In this document: positions 25,813-35,959 of the stretch, piece by piece
Layout of the letters: the number at the start of each line of letters is the position of its first letter
How positions within the stretch are numbered: the stretch's first letter is position 1
Virus record (IMG/VR): IMGVR_UViG_3300032330_000956
Coordinates: 1 to 64,000 of that record
Strand: one strand, 5' to 3'
DNA from: a virus
Lineage: Duplodnaviria; Caudoviricetes
DNA length: 64,000 bases
The notes under the pieces: model-generated
Told to the model about the DNA's origin: nothing
The model's input: the letters and a program-made list of their open reading frames with translations, nothing else
Database searches by the model: none
Position numbers and translations under genes: made by a program

Positions 25813-26481
25813 TTACCACTCAACGGATGATGATGTGGATGAATCAGAATCTGATGTGCGACCAAGATAGAAATCTTCCTGCTCATCATATGTAACATCA
25901 CGAACTGCAACCTTTTCAAGGTCTACCAGTTCATACTTTTCCACATCAACTGGCTGAATATCAGCAGTCGGGAGTGGGATGATACTGTAATTAGTATCAG
26001 TCTTTTCACCTGTGCGCTTCAAACGCCAGATAACATCTGTGATGCTACCAGTCTCACCAGCATACTGGATAATTTCTGGAGTTGCACTCTTTGGTCCTGC
26101 ACCCTGCGAGAAAATTGCAACGTATGGCTCTTCCGTACCATCATCAACAAGTACGTTGATGTATAGTCGGCTACGACCCTTCCATCCAATTTTTGGATCA
26201 CGGCGATGCTGCTCACATCCGTAGCAACGACCCTGATCGTCAATAGAGCATAGAGCCTTACGGCGGTAATCGGTTGGATTTGTGTGTTCAACGGCAATAA
26301 AGCCAAGTCCTGCATCTGCAACGTAATTCTTTGAGTCTGGGTCAAGTTCCTGCAGGAAGCGAATCTTAACACTCTGATTGTCGTTTAGCTTAAGCCAACG
26401 ACCCTTTGGACCATCTGCATAATTTGATGCTGGCTTGTCCAGAGCCTTGTTCATAGCGGATAAACCTTTTACTAATCCCAT
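25813..26481 (-). CDS. ssb: Single-stranded DNA-binding protein (gp32-like)
   Basis: KIRFL...HT...C...C.GC zinc site, aromatic OB-fold residues and an acidic/Ser tail; promoter TGGTATAAT at 26531-26539. Confidence 0.75.
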   Translation of the reverse strand: MGLVKGLSAMNKALDKPASNYADGPKGRWLKLNDNQSVKIRFLQELDPDSKNYVADAGLGFIAVEHTNPTDYRRKALCSIDDQGRCYGCEQHRRDPKIGWKGRSRLYINVLVDDGTEEPYVAIFSQGAGPKSATPEIIQYAGETGSITDVIWRLKRTGEKTDTNYSIIPLPTADIQPVDVEKYELVDLEKVAVRDVTYDEQEDFYLGRTSDSDSSTSSSVEW

Positions 26482-26542
26482 TGTATATCTCCTATAGTGT
26501 AATTGGGCTATATTGTGCCCTTGTCTTATTATTATACCATCA

Positions 26543-27508
26543 TTACATGGCTGTTGTCAAGGCATATTCATAATGCGGAACAGCATTAATAATACATGTC
26601 CTAATTTCTTCTGGAGTTAATTCTCCAGCATCTTTTGCTTCATGTGGATATATCATATCATAACTATACGAACTCCACAAGATATTTTTATTATTTAATC
26701 TGTTGGCGATATTGGTGCCAAGTTTTCTACCAGCCTCATCATTATCTGTCATGATAATAATAGTAGATGCGTATCGATTAAGTAATTGAATTTGTTCTTT
26801 TGATAAATGTGCCCCTAGTGTGGCTACAACATTTGGAAATCCCGCCTGAGCAATTAGAATTGCATCAAAAGATGATTCGCAAACGATAATCTTTCCACCA
26901 TGCTTTTTGGCAGAACTAAGATTAAATAAAGTTTTATTGCGTGGAAGATTCTGACTATTCTTAAATGCTTTTCCCTCAACCGATCTACCAATAATTCCCA
27001 CCAACATTCCATCTGGAGAGCGCAATGGAACTGTCACCATATCATGCACAGCGGAATATCCAAGAGAAAAGTCTTTTATTGACTCTATAGATATACCCCT
27101 AGAATAAAAATAGCTTAGAGCTGTTTCATTATTTAATAATTCATTGTGTAATCTAGTAGCAGTTTCTGTAGAAAATTCTACAAAATCTGGCTTTTGCTCT
27201 AAAAGATCTGAAAGTTCATCGGAAACATCCGAACTTGATTGCTTATTAGCCAAAATAAATCTAATTGCTTCAAAATCGTTTCTGTGTGTAGTTTCTTTAA
27301 CTAAATCATTTAGTGTACCTCTAGCATCACAGGATGGATTAAAACAAAAGTAAAGACCTTTATTATAGTCTACTTCAAATGATGGGCTATTGCGATTGGC
27401 ATGAAATGGGCACAAGCATAAAAAATGCTGTCCAGTTTCTGATTCAATCTTAAGATTTAGGGCATTAAGAATTGATCGGATATCCGATTTGGTATAAACA
27501 TCGTTCAT
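26543..27508 (-). CDS. dnaG: DNA primase (CHC2 zinc finger plus Toprim)
   Basis: CPFH...PSF...CF..C; Toprim CESSFDA...TDNDEAG. Confidence 0.93.
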   Translation of the reverse strand: MNDVYTKSDIRSILNALNLKIESETGQHFLCLCPFHANRNSPSFEVDYNKGLYFCFNPSCDARGTLNDLVKETTHRNDFEAIRFILANKQSSSDVSDELSDLLEQKPDFVEFSTETATRLHNELLNNETALSYFYSRGISIESIKDFSLGYSAVHDMVTVPLRSPDGMLVGIIGRSVEGKAFKNSQNLPRNKTLFNLSSAKKHGGKIIVCESSFDAILIAQAGFPNVVATLGAHLSKEQIQLLNRYASTIIIMTDNDEAGRKLGTNIANRLNNKNILWSSYSYDMIYPHEAKDAGELTPEEIRTCIINAVPHYEYALTTAM

Positions 27509-27519
27509 TGTTTTTTTGC

Positions 27520-27801
27520 CTATCTAGGAATAAAATTTTGCCCAGAAAATCCTTCGAATTTTTGAGCCTTACTCTTGCCTAAGTATACACCATAGACTTC
27601 TAATTGAAAAGTATAATTGTCTTTTAGGTGATTATATTTTACACACCATTGCGGGTCTAAGTCTAAAACGGGAACATATCCATTAGATCGCATCTCATCT
27701 ATTAATAATTTAAGATACATTTCTTTTAACCTAACCATGTCAGAGTCGCTCTTAATGATTCCATTAAGGTAAAAACTCTTTATATTTCGTTTTAACATCA
27801 C
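27520..27801 (-). CDS. Hypothetical protein
   Basis: Intact ORF with RBS and TGG-TAAAAT upstream. Confidence 0.65.
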   Translation of the reverse strand: MMLKRNIKSFYLNGIIKSDSDMVRLKEMYLKLLIDEMRSNGYVPVLDLDPQWCVKYNHLKDNYTFQLEVYGVYLGKSKAQKFEGFSGQNFIPR

Positions 27802-27851
27802 GACCTTCCTTACAAACCATTTTACCAGGAATATAAGGGTTTACATAATGT

Positions 27852-29075
27852 TTAAAAGGGTTGTTCGTAGATTTCTTTAACGATACCCCGATTAATATCC
27901 CAGTCAAGGAAAAAATTAAAATCGGTACCGTGACGATTCTTTCTACTAACTACTTCAATAATATTAGTGTCAGGGGTTCTATGTACCGCCATTGCCATGT
28001 CAGCATCATATTCGATAGCTTTTGACCATGCCACCTGTGACAATAATGGTGGAGCATCCTGATCTGATACATCATCCATTGTTGCTGCAGTAATATCAAT
28101 AACAGGAATGTTATTTCGTACCGCCAAGTTTTTAAACTCACGAGAAATATTCATGTTACGCTCTGTTGGAGCTTTTGAATTATTGCTATCCGTAAACAAT
28201 TGGTGGTAATCAAGGATTACGATATCTGGTTTATGTTGATCAATCTTAGCCTGAACAGTTGTTGGGGTGACTTGACCTGAACCCTCGTTAGATACAAGGA
28301 TAAAGCCATTGGTATCCAAGAACTTCTTCTTAGCCCAAGAACCAAAATCATCTGGATTTACAGTAGCTTTAGCAAAATCTGATGCCTTAAACAAACCTGA
28401 GCCAAGCATGGTGTAAATACGGTCACGCATATTTTCAGGTGTCATCTCAAGGGAAACAATCATTGGCTTAAATCCTTGTTCCCATGCCTTGCAAGCAAGA
28501 TAGGAACTCATCCAAGTCTTTCCACGACCCGCCCAACCAATCATAACAATTAGGTGTCCTGGAGCCATTCCAGTGGGGTATGCTAAATCAATAGCTTTAA
28601 AGCCAGTCATAATACCTGGACTTCCGCCCATTTCAGCAGAGCGTGTTCTTACGGCATCAAAATGTTTTTCCGCTAACTCATAATCTGTAACATCTACATC
28701 TCGTACAGTATTTGTTAGGCGAGTAAGCTTCATCAATTCTGAAGACATATCTGAAATTACTCGTGATGCTGCATTAGTCTTTAGACTGTTGCCAGAATTA
28801 AGAAGCATGTTGCGAATGCGAGATGTAAGATAATCATTTTTAAGCTGATCTAAATAATAGGCAGTTTCTCCTTTTACAATGACTGGCTCAAAATCTTTAA
28901 ACTTTTCCTGCAACACAGATGCATCTGGAACAGCACGAAACTTATTATAATAAGATTTAAGACCATCCCAAACATCTCTATGCGATACAAATACATCATC
29001 AATGTTCTCAGCAAGTACGGTTGAAATATCTTTGTTGTTGCATACTGACGAAATTAGGGCTGCTTCACTATTCAT
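27852..29075 (-). CDS. dnaB: DnaB-like replicative helicase
   Basis: Walker A GWAGRGKT, SLEM, DYHQL, IEYDAD and KNRHG motifs. Confidence 0.95.
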   Translation of the reverse strand: MNSEAALISSVCNNKDISTVLAENIDDVFVSHRDVWDGLKSYYNKFRAVPDASVLQEKFKDFEPVIVKGETAYYLDQLKNDYLTSRIRNMLLNSGNSLKTNAASRVISDMSSELMKLTRLTNTVRDVDVTDYELAEKHFDAVRTRSAEMGGSPGIMTGFKAIDLAYPTGMAPGHLIVMIGWAGRGKTWMSSYLACKAWEQGFKPMIVSLEMTPENMRDRIYTMLGSGLFKASDFAKATVNPDDFGSWAKKKFLDTNGFILVSNEGSGQVTPTTVQAKIDQHKPDIVILDYHQLFTDSNNSKAPTERNMNISREFKNLAVRNNIPVIDITAATMDDVSDQDAPPLLSQVAWSKAIEYDADMAMAVHRTPDTNIIEVVSRKNRHGTDFNFFLDWDINRGIVKEIYEQPF

Positions 29076-29391
29076 TTTCTTCTACCATCTTTTTTGTTTG
29101 TTCTAGCAAAAATTTTCTGCGTTCTTTATCTTGTTGCAACTTTACCATATTCTCATCGATCTTGTCAAAATTATAAAAAAACCAAGTTAAAGGATGACCT
29201 GGTTTTGTGATTTTGAAATAGTATTCCAATAGTTCTTTTGACCTATCGTAGCCTACGCTATCTATTACGTCTTGCATAGCCCACTTTTCTCTGTGACGAT
29301 TAATGTGTGGGGCTTTGGAATATTTTTCCTGATATAATGCAGCATACTTACTCACCAAAGCATGAGCAAGTTTAGCATCTTCTTTTGTCAT
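29068..29391 (-). CDS. Hypothetical protein (possible helicase partner)
   Basis: Intact ORF overlapping the helicase start. Confidence 0.65.
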   Translation of the reverse strand: MTKEDAKLAHALVSKYAALYQEKYSKAPHINRHREKWAMQDVIDSVGYDRSKELLEYYFKITKPGHPLTWFFYNFDKIDENMVKLQQDKERRKFLLEQTKKMVEENE

Positions 29392-29603
29392 TATTTCTTG
29401 TTACCCTTAAGTTCGGCTTCAATTTCATTTGCCTTTTCAATAACCTTGTCTTCAACAAACTTATAAACTCTATCTGTTGCATCATTAGTATTTTCACCTT
29501 GTCTTACAAAGTCTTCAACACCAATTGATACACGAATGCTTTCATAATTCCCCAAGTTGCGAACAAACTGCAACTCTACTCTAACACTTGTATTATTGTT
29601 CAT
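29391..29603 (-). CDS. Hypothetical protein
   Basis: NLGNYESIRVSIG motif typical of small phage proteins. Confidence 0.7.
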   Translation of the reverse strand: MNNNTSVRVELQFVRNLGNYESIRVSIGVEDFVRQGENTNDATDRVYKFVEDKVIEKANEIEAELKGNKK

Positions 29604-29805
29604 CCTGATCTCCCGTCAAAAAGCCCAGAGGCTTCATTTTTTTATTGTCTTTGATATTACTTAGCAATTCATATAATAGCATAAGTCGGTCTGATATAGC
29701 AAGCATTGTTTCTGTATCGCCCTTTTTCTTTGCTATTCTATAGGATTTATTAAGTACCTCAAGGGATGATTTTAATATCTGCTTTGGATTATCTTCAATA
29801 CTCAT
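29593..29805 (-). CDS. Hypothetical protein
   Basis: Intact coupled ORF. Confidence 0.6.
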   Translation of the reverse strand: MSIEDNPKQILKSSLEVLNKSYRIAKKKGDTETMLAISDRLMLLYELLSNIKDNKKMKPLGFLTGDQDEQ

Positions 29806-29808
29806 AGT

Positions 29809-30324
29809 TTACCATTCTGGTTGTTTCCAGACGGGAACAAATTCTCCATCTGGATTTTTAGCGTAGAGAACCTTTTCATTTCTCATCAAGGCTTCAAGTT
29901 CAGCCCTGCTGGGAATATTACTTGTTGTGATCATTCCATCTTTTCTGGGTCTTCCCCGATGAACTGTTTTAAAAAATTCGTGAAGACTAATCATATCTTC
30001 TTCACTAAAATAAAATTTTCCTGGAACTCTGTTTTCGTCAAGGGTGTAGACTTGCTGAGGTTTATTTATATCCCCTGCTCGCCAATGTCTTTTAATTGTA
30101 TCCGAGCTTCTACCAATTAACTTGGCTGCTTGGGTTATGGTGTATGCACTTTTTTTATTTTTTAATACATCAGTAAGAGAATAAGCAACTCTCTTACCTG
30201 ACTCATAATCCCAAGCAATCAGCAAGTCTTCTGCACGATTACGATGTAATGCCTTGTGTATTTTATCATTTAGATAAAAGTACAATATTTTTTCGCTAGG
30301 CTTTTTTCTTTTTGTTGCAGCCAT
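29809..30324 (-). CDS. MerR-like HTH DNA-binding protein
   Basis: YTITQAAKLIGRSSDTIKRH...G.I and HRGRPRKDG. Confidence 0.75.
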   Translation of the reverse strand: MAATKRKKPSEKILYFYLNDKIHKALHRNRAEDLLIAWDYESGKRVAYSLTDVLKNKKSAYTITQAAKLIGRSSDTIKRHWRAGDINKPQQVYTLDENRVPGKFYFSEEDMISLHEFFKTVHRGRPRKDGMITTSNIPSRAELEALMRNEKVLYAKNPDGEFVPVWKQPEW

Positions 30325-30455
30325 GTTCCTAAAGCATTCCCATCTTTTTTAATCATCCATCTTTTTCCGCATGCCATACAGAATAATTCTACTCTTTGTT
30401 TTTGAGAAAAAACTCTGTCGACAAACACTCTACCTTGACAATTTTTACAAAACAT
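30270..30455 (-). CDS. Zinc-ribbon hypothetical protein
   Basis: CKNC...CMACG. Confidence 0.65.
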   Translation of the reverse strand: MFCKNCQGRVFVDRVFSQKQRVELFCMACGKRWMIKKDGNALGTWLQQKEKSLAKKYCTFI

Positions 30456-30770
30456 TTACTTCTTTGTTGGCAATAAATTAAACTTGATTAGCCATGCATT
30501 AAAAGCTGTATTTTGTAGTGCATAAACATAAACAATTTGTGATGCTGTATAGATATAGGTAGAGTGCTTTGCCGTATCTAAAAGATCAATTGTTCCATTC
30601 TTTAAAAAGTAAGCACTGACATAGCCCGTCAAAAGACTAAGTGCGCCAGCGATTGCATTTGATGCCTTTGGTGAAAGGTTAATAGTCTTTACCAAAGATG
30701 TTGCTAGGGTAACTAAAATACCCAATCCCAAAAATAATAGGGATGTTGTTTGTGTATCTGTTAGATTCAC
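30456..30770 (-). CDS. Three-TM holin-like membrane protein
   Basis: Hydrophobic segments; AAGGAG RBS and GTG start. Confidence 0.6.
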   Translation of the reverse strand: MNLTDTQTTSLLFLGLGILVTLATSLVKTINLSPKASNAIAGALSLLTGYVSAYFLKNGTIDLLDTAKHSTYIYTASQIVYVYALQNTAFNAWLIKFNLLPTKK

Positions 30771-30789
30771 TTTAATCTCCTTAGATTAA

Positions 30790-31551
30790 TTATGCGGAAA
30801 ACTTTTTTCCGTCAACATAGCAAGTATAATCTGGGGTAATTTGAATTAGTTGAATATGGGGGAAGTTACCATTTTCAACATGTGCTACCGCAAATCCTGC
30901 TTGCCAATTTTTTGTGATGGTATAATCCATCTTGCTAACATCTGTAAGATGCCCAATTTCAAATCCCCGCAACTCTTGTCCAGTAATGCTGTATGTTTGA
31001 AAATAAGTTCCCATACGATGTGAATGTCCACGAACCAAAGATACTCCCCAGTTATTAACATCATTTCTTACAGACTCTCCAGCATGCTTGGAAATAGATT
31101 CTCCGTGATGAGCATACATATCTCCAAAGCGATGCACTGGTTCCTGATCGTATTCATGCCAAACAAATCCTGCGTTTTTGTAATCATATAGGGAATCTGG
31201 TGTAATATATTCTAGAAAAGCTGGTGCTTTCTTAGCAAGATAATCTCCATGACGAGTCCATCCATGATTTCCATCATGAAAATGCTTGTCTGCCTTTGGC
31301 ACAATTTTATTAATTTGATGAAGAAATTCCTTAGTTCCAGTAACTCCGCCATCACTTACAGGAATTGTAAATTCAAGAGGGGAATCTGAAGCCCAACGGC
31401 TTGTAGAATCTGCATCATCAATATCTCCCAATAGGTCAACTGCATCTGGCTTCCACCACTTCATTACCTTTAGAAATAACTCAACTTTGCGTGGGTCATG
31501 GCGAGGAAAATGTACGTCACTTACCATCATCCACTTAAGATCGTTTGTCAT
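30790..31551 (-). CDS. Calcineurin-like metallophosphoesterase
   Basis: SDVH, LGD..D, GNH, HHG and GHSH motifs. Confidence 0.9.
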   Translation of the reverse strand: MTNDLKWMMVSDVHFPRHDPRKVELFLKVMKWWKPDAVDLLGDIDDADSTSRWASDSPLEFTIPVSDGGVTGTKEFLHQINKIVPKADKHFHDGNHGWTRHGDYLAKKAPAFLEYITPDSLYDYKNAGFVWHEYDQEPVHRFGDMYAHHGESISKHAGESVRNDVNNWGVSLVRGHSHRMGTYFQTYSITGQELRGFEIGHLTDVSKMDYTITKNWQAGFAVAHVENGNFPHIQLIQITPDYTCYVDGKKFSA

Positions 31552-31562
31552 TTTATTACTTT

Positions 31563-31820
31563 CTACTTGTGAGCTTTACTATGTTGCTCTCTGGTACACA
31601 GAAATAGATTTTCTATTCCGTTGTCTATTTTGTTTTCGTTTATATGATGTACAGTTTCCCATACATCTAATATTCTGTCAAGGTTTTTTTCTATTACCAA
31701 CCTATGCTCATAGTACCAGCCACCAAATGATTTTGGATGTTCTGGTATTTTTATGAGTATATATCCTTCTTTTGATATTTTAGATTCTCTTTTAACCCAA
31801 GACTTTAATATCTTATACAT
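31563..31820 (-). CDS. Small HNH endonuclease
   Basis: YEHRLV...VHHINENKIDN...NL...H...H. Confidence 0.85.
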   Translation of the reverse strand: MYKILKSWVKRESKISKEGYILIKIPEHPKSFGGWYYEHRLVIEKNLDRILDVWETVHHINENKIDNGIENLFLCTREQHSKAHK

Positions 31821-32275
31821 TATGCATAGGAAATTAAAAGTAAGTTTACTATTACCATAAGAGGCTTTTTTGTAGAAATAGTCCCTGCTGGTGCTAGAGA
31901 ATCAACACTAACCGTTACTGTATGCTGACCATTTTCATTTTTAATGTTAGTTGATGTTATAAGCTTATACTGACTAATATCATGTGTAGCAGAAATACTA
32001 GCAATCGCTACTGGAAATTTTGGCTTACTTTGAAACCCTTTAACGGAAAATGTTACAGAATCGTTAATCTTGGTTAATTTTTTAGTTGACGCACCTGCAT
32101 AAATTTGAATACCCGCTTCACCATCACCAGAAATTAATCTAAGTCCTGTGGCAGAATCTCCACTCGCTGTATTATCAAAATGAAATTGTGTTTTTTGATC
32201 TAGCTTGCTCTTATTTGAATCGATAGTATTTTTAATCTGATTAATATCTGCTACTGTTAAACTAACATTATCCAT
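31820..32275 (-). CDS. Hypothetical tail-associated protein
   Basis: Beta-rich; lies at the end of the tail operon. Confidence 0.55.
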   Translation of the reverse strand: MDNVSLTVADINQIKNTIDSNKSKLDQKTQFHFDNTASGDSATGLRLISGDGEAGIQIYAGASTKKLTKINDSVTFSVKGFQSKPKFPVAIASISATHDISQYKLITSTNIKNENGQHTVTVSVDSLAPAGTISTKKPLMVIVNLLLISYA

Positions 32276-32651
32276 CTAATGGTTCTCCTTCTTTTTGAAG
32301 TCCCGCCTCTTTTTTGCTGACGAGAACAATTTCGTGCTTTTTAAATCCAAGTGATTTGATTATATCTGGATTGGTAATTAAACTTTTTTTATTATCTATA
32401 ATAAGATATATTTTACCACTAGATATATCTCTGATCAAAGATCCGTCTCTGAAGCCAATAACTCCAACAATTTTGCAATCATTCATTACAGATTCAGAAG
32501 TTTTTACCGTTCTTAGATTCCATGATTCTCTTGCCCGCTCAGACACAAATCTAAATCTTTTTTCACCCTTAACATAAAAATATCCTTTTTCTGTATGGGC
32601 AATCATTCCACTTGGAATGCGGGGATTTACATTAGTTTGCTTTTTGAACAC
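32268..32651 (-). CDS. Hypothetical protein
   Basis: Intact ORF with a duplicated YF/YLI..KR motif. Confidence 0.65.
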   Translation of the reverse strand: MFKKQTNVNPRIPSGMIAHTEKGYFYVKGEKRFRFVSERARESWNLRTVKTSESVMNDCKIVGVIGFRDGSLIRDISSGKIYLIIDNKKSLITNPDIIKSLGFKKHEIVLVSKKEAGLQKEGEPLDG

Positions 32652-32868
32652 TTACTTGTAATTCCTGAATACGCTGTTCACGGGCTTGAATCTCTTGTGT
32701 TGCTTGTGCTTTTAGCATAGCAAGATTTGTTTCGTATTGGCTAGTGATTTGACCAATACGATTTTGTAGTTCCTGAACTAATAATTCTAGTGTCTGAAAA
32801 TCCTTTGCCGATGGCTGTGGAGCCACATAGCGGGGATCTGGTACAAATTCTGTTGTCTCTTCTGACAT
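32632..32868 (-). CDS. Coiled-coil hypothetical protein
   Basis: Heptad pattern; AAGGAG RBS; promoter TTGCAT-N17-TACAAT at 32896-32924. Confidence 0.7.
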   Translation of the reverse strand: MSEETTEFVPDPRYVAPQPSAKDFQTLELLVQELQNRIGQITSQYETNLAMLKAQATQEIQAREQRIQELQVSVQKAN

Positions 32869-32927
32869 TTATATCTCCTTTGTGTATGTTTACCAATTGT
32901 ACTATTTGTATTTTTATAATGCAAGTA

Positions 32928-35036
32928 TTATTGCATAGTTCCATAAGAATACGCACTTGCTGTCATTTGTACTGCATGAATTGCATAATAAACATTTGCT
33001 ACAAAAGAAAAAGCTGTACCGCTATAATTATGAAATCTTATAGTACAGCCAGATGCTGTTACTAATGTAGCTGGAATAGAAATTTCAATATTTCTACTAA
33101 AAGGCGTTGTAGTTCCAGTTGCCCATGTTGCAGTAACTACAGGTGCAACTGAAAATCTTCCAGATGGAAATGGAATTGTCGCATCAACAAAGCTTCCATC
33201 AGAAATAGATGTTGTTGGGGCTGCAAAATATCCCGTAGAAGTTGCAAATGGCAAATTTCCAGAAATTAATTTTGGTCCTGCGGTCCAAGTGTCGGATGCT
33301 GATTGATATAAATATGTTGTTCCCTGATAGACTGGAACTTGATAATACTGAGACACAGTATAGTAATCTGATGTTACTACGTTGGAACTTAAAGCAGATG
33401 CACCAAAATAATAAGCTGAACTTAATTTTATTGCGCCCGAATCTTCGGTAAAATTTGATGCTGAAGATGGATTTATAGTTTTTGTATTAAATATTGAAAG
33501 GTTGGTAGCTCCACCATAAATACCAAAATATCCAGGAATTAAATAAAATTGTGAATTTCCATAAATACCATTAAGACCATATGGACTATATCCAATTGCA
33601 CTTCCCGTTCCATTTGCAATGGATAATGAAACATTTTGATCAGCAACGTGTCCAATTTTAATATCGAACAACCCAGAAGAACTTCCAATACTAACAGCTC
33701 CTGTAAAAGATCCAGATGTTGCATTTATATTTCCTGTTACTGAAAGATTTCCATTAGACATAGAAATAGCACCAGATGCTCCAGCTAATCTAAAGTTACC
33801 TGCTTTGTCAACATAGAAACCGCTGCCAGTTGAAGATGCTGTTTGAATACCATTAATAACACTGTACATTTGTCCGAGTTGACCATTAAGTGTAATATTA
33901 TTTGCTGTAGCACTTGCTGCCGAACCACTATTTCCAATAATAAAGTTTGTTGATCCCGACCCTTCAGATGCAATACCTGTTGTTAAAACTTGGAATCTAG
34001 CAATTGTAGGGCTTGCTCCAGTTGCTGTAGGGATGCTAAACATTTGAATACCATTCCCATCATATCCAAATAAACCTGTTGAGTCAAGAATGACTCTTTG
34101 TCCCGATCCCGCATTTGTTCCTGCATACAAAGAGCCACCAGATTGCACTTGAACTGCACCAGTAAATGTTCCAGATTGTGCTGTGATATTTCCACTAAAA
34201 GATCCAGAAGTTGCATTAATATTTCCTGTAATGGATGCGCTTGTGGCAGTTAAAGCACCTGTTTGCGTAACTCTAAATTGTGATGCGGAACCAAGAGCAA
34301 AACCATTTGCTGAATCTAAAGAAATGTTGGTGGCTGTTAAAGCATTTGATCTAATGGAAAACCCACCGATTGAACCAGATGTTGCTGAAATACTTCCAGA
34401 AATACTAGCATTTGTAGCATTTAATAAACCAGCACTTGTAACAGAAAATTGTGCTAAAGCAGGATTTGTATTTCCTGCATAAAATGGATATCCTGTTGTG
34501 TTCATTCCTACGGCATTTGTTCCAGTGCCCGCTGTTAAATCAGATGCGCCAATAGCCCAACCACCAATTAATCCCGCACCCGCATAAATAGTGCCTCTAA
34601 AATAAGCATTACCATCTACGGTATTTAAAAAAAATTGGGCTTGACCAGAAGATGTTGTAGCAAATTTGTATCCAAGAATGCCAGTGCTATTTATAATTAC
34701 CGCACCCGTGTTGGCAGATCCAGTTAATTGAGAAATTACACTTGCAGTACCATTCCAAATATCTGCTAGTTGAGCTTTTCCTGCATACTTAATTCCATTT
34801 TTATCTAACCCACCAGCAGTTAATGCACCACCAACAACACTTCCAGAATTCTGAGCTAATGCAGTAACAACAGCACTATTAATGCTAGTCAGTTGCGAAC
34901 CGTCTGAATTTGTTAATGGCGTAGTAAATTGATAAACAATTGAATTGGGAGAATAATTGCCATTATCATCTTTGGCTCTCACCATAACATTGTATGTCTT
35001 GCCTGGCTGAAGTTTGGTTAAATCAATACTAGCCAT
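32928..35036 (-). CDS. Tail fibre / minor tail protein with an N-terminal FN3 strand and Gly/Ser-rich repeats
   Basis: LQPGKTYNVMVRA; repeated G.I.ATSGS.GG units; C-terminal gp53/H-type-like tip. Confidence 0.8.
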   Translation of the reverse strand: MASIDLTKLQPGKTYNVMVRAKDDNGNYSPNSIVYQFTTPLTNSDGSQLTSINSAVVTALAQNSGSVVGGALTAGGLDKNGIKYAGKAQLADIWNGTASVISQLTGSANTGAVIINSTGILGYKFATTSSGQAQFFLNTVDGNAYFRGTIYAGAGLIGGWAIGASDLTAGTGTNAVGMNTTGYPFYAGNTNPALAQFSVTSAGLLNATNASISGSISATSGSIGGFSIRSNALTATNISLDSANGFALGSASQFRVTQTGALTATSASITGNINATSGSFSGNITAQSGTFTGAVQVQSGGSLYAGTNAGSGQRVILDSTGLFGYDGNGIQMFSIPTATGASPTIARFQVLTTGIASEGSGSTNFIIGNSGSAASATANNITLNGQLGQMYSVINGIQTASSTGSGFYVDKAGNFRLAGASGAISMSNGNLSVTGNINATSGSFTGAVSIGSSSGLFDIKIGHVADQNVSLSIANGTGSAIGYSPYGLNGIYGNSQFYLIPGYFGIYGGATNLSIFNTKTINPSSASNFTEDSGAIKLSSAYYFGASALSSNVVTSDYYTVSQYYQVPVYQGTTYLYQSASDTWTAGPKLISGNLPFATSTGYFAAPTTSISDGSFVDATIPFPSGRFSVAPVVTATWATGTTTPFSRNIEISIPATLVTASGCTIRFHNYSGTAFSFVANVYYAIHAVQMTASAYSYGTMQ

Positions 35037-35959
35037 TATGTCACCGTCAGATAATATTCAATTTCTAGGGGCTGACCATATTTTGTTGTAACTAATGGAC
35101 CTGCAGAAGATGAGCGACTTACCAATTGTTGTTCAGATAGCTTGTTGCTACCGTCCATAAACTTAACTGCATCTAGATAAACTGTTCCATTCCCGCCAGC
35201 AAAACTTGCTGTTAGTCTATCAATTACATAATTAAAGGATGCTGTTGGATCGTTTAACATTCGTACCGATGCCGAATAATATCCAGAAGCAGATGTGCTT
35301 AATCTAATTGAAGATGAGGTCCAAGTATTCAACAAATCATCTGTCATAACAAATGTAAGACTTGGACTAACACTTGATGATGCAGCAACATAGTATAGCA
35401 ACTGAATAAAATCATTGCTATTGAAGCCTGAAACATCTAAGCCAAATCCCGATCTTGTTGCAATACTTGCAGTAGGAACAGCAATGTTATAATAACCAAA
35501 TCTTGATGATCCACTGGTTGCAACATTAGATGCAGTTGCAACACTTGATCCTACAGACCAGTCACTTGATGCAGTTGATCCATAAAGCTCATCAAACTCG
35601 GAGATGTAAAGATTGTCTGCTGCGTCAGTATTAAAATAGTTTTGAGGAATAATTCCAATTTCATAAATAGATGCAACAAGAAGTGGGTCTAGACTAGCCT
35701 TAATAACAATTTGATTAGACCCAGATACTGGCTTATAAGTTTTCATGGTAATTGGTGAGCGACTTACTTCATAGGCTAAAGTGGTATCTGTTGATGCTGA
35801 TACTGTATATAAAGCACCAACCAATAAAGTACCCGCCCAATCCTGTGTGGATTGTGCTAAATATTTATTAATCATTTGAATACCGTTTGAAGTAACTACG
35901 TTTTCTTTCTCCGCAATTATTTCTCCGTTAGACTTAAATATATATTTTCCTTTAATCAA
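35036..35959 (-). CDS. Minor tail / baseplate protein
   Basis: ENVVTSNG...I..YLA...EIGI motif typical of tail-fibre base proteins. Confidence 0.7.
   Translation of the reverse strand: MIKGKYIFKSNGEIIAEKENVVTSNGIQMINKYLAQSTQDWAGTLLVGALYTVSASTDTTLAYEVSRSPITMKTYKPVSGSNQIVIKASLDPLLVASIYEIGIIPQNYFNTDAADNLYISEFDELYGSTASSDWSVGSSVATASNVATSGSSRFGYYNIAVPTASIATRSGFGLDVSGFNSNDFIQLLYYVAASSSVSPSLTFVMTDDLLNTWTSSSIRLSTSASGYYSASVRMLNDPTASFNYVIDRLTASFAGGNGTVYLDAVKFMDGSNKLSEQQLVSRSSSAGPLVTTKYGQPLEIEYYLTVT

Noticed and set aside
4638-29075. Inteins or introns in terL, dnaE, recA and dnaB
   Set aside because: Lengths and motif spacing are normal, with no splice-junction residues or interrupting endonuclease ORFs.
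31563-31820. HNH as a mobile element or novel effector
   Set aside because: It is an ordinary small freestanding HNH, common in phages, with no flanking intron structure seen.
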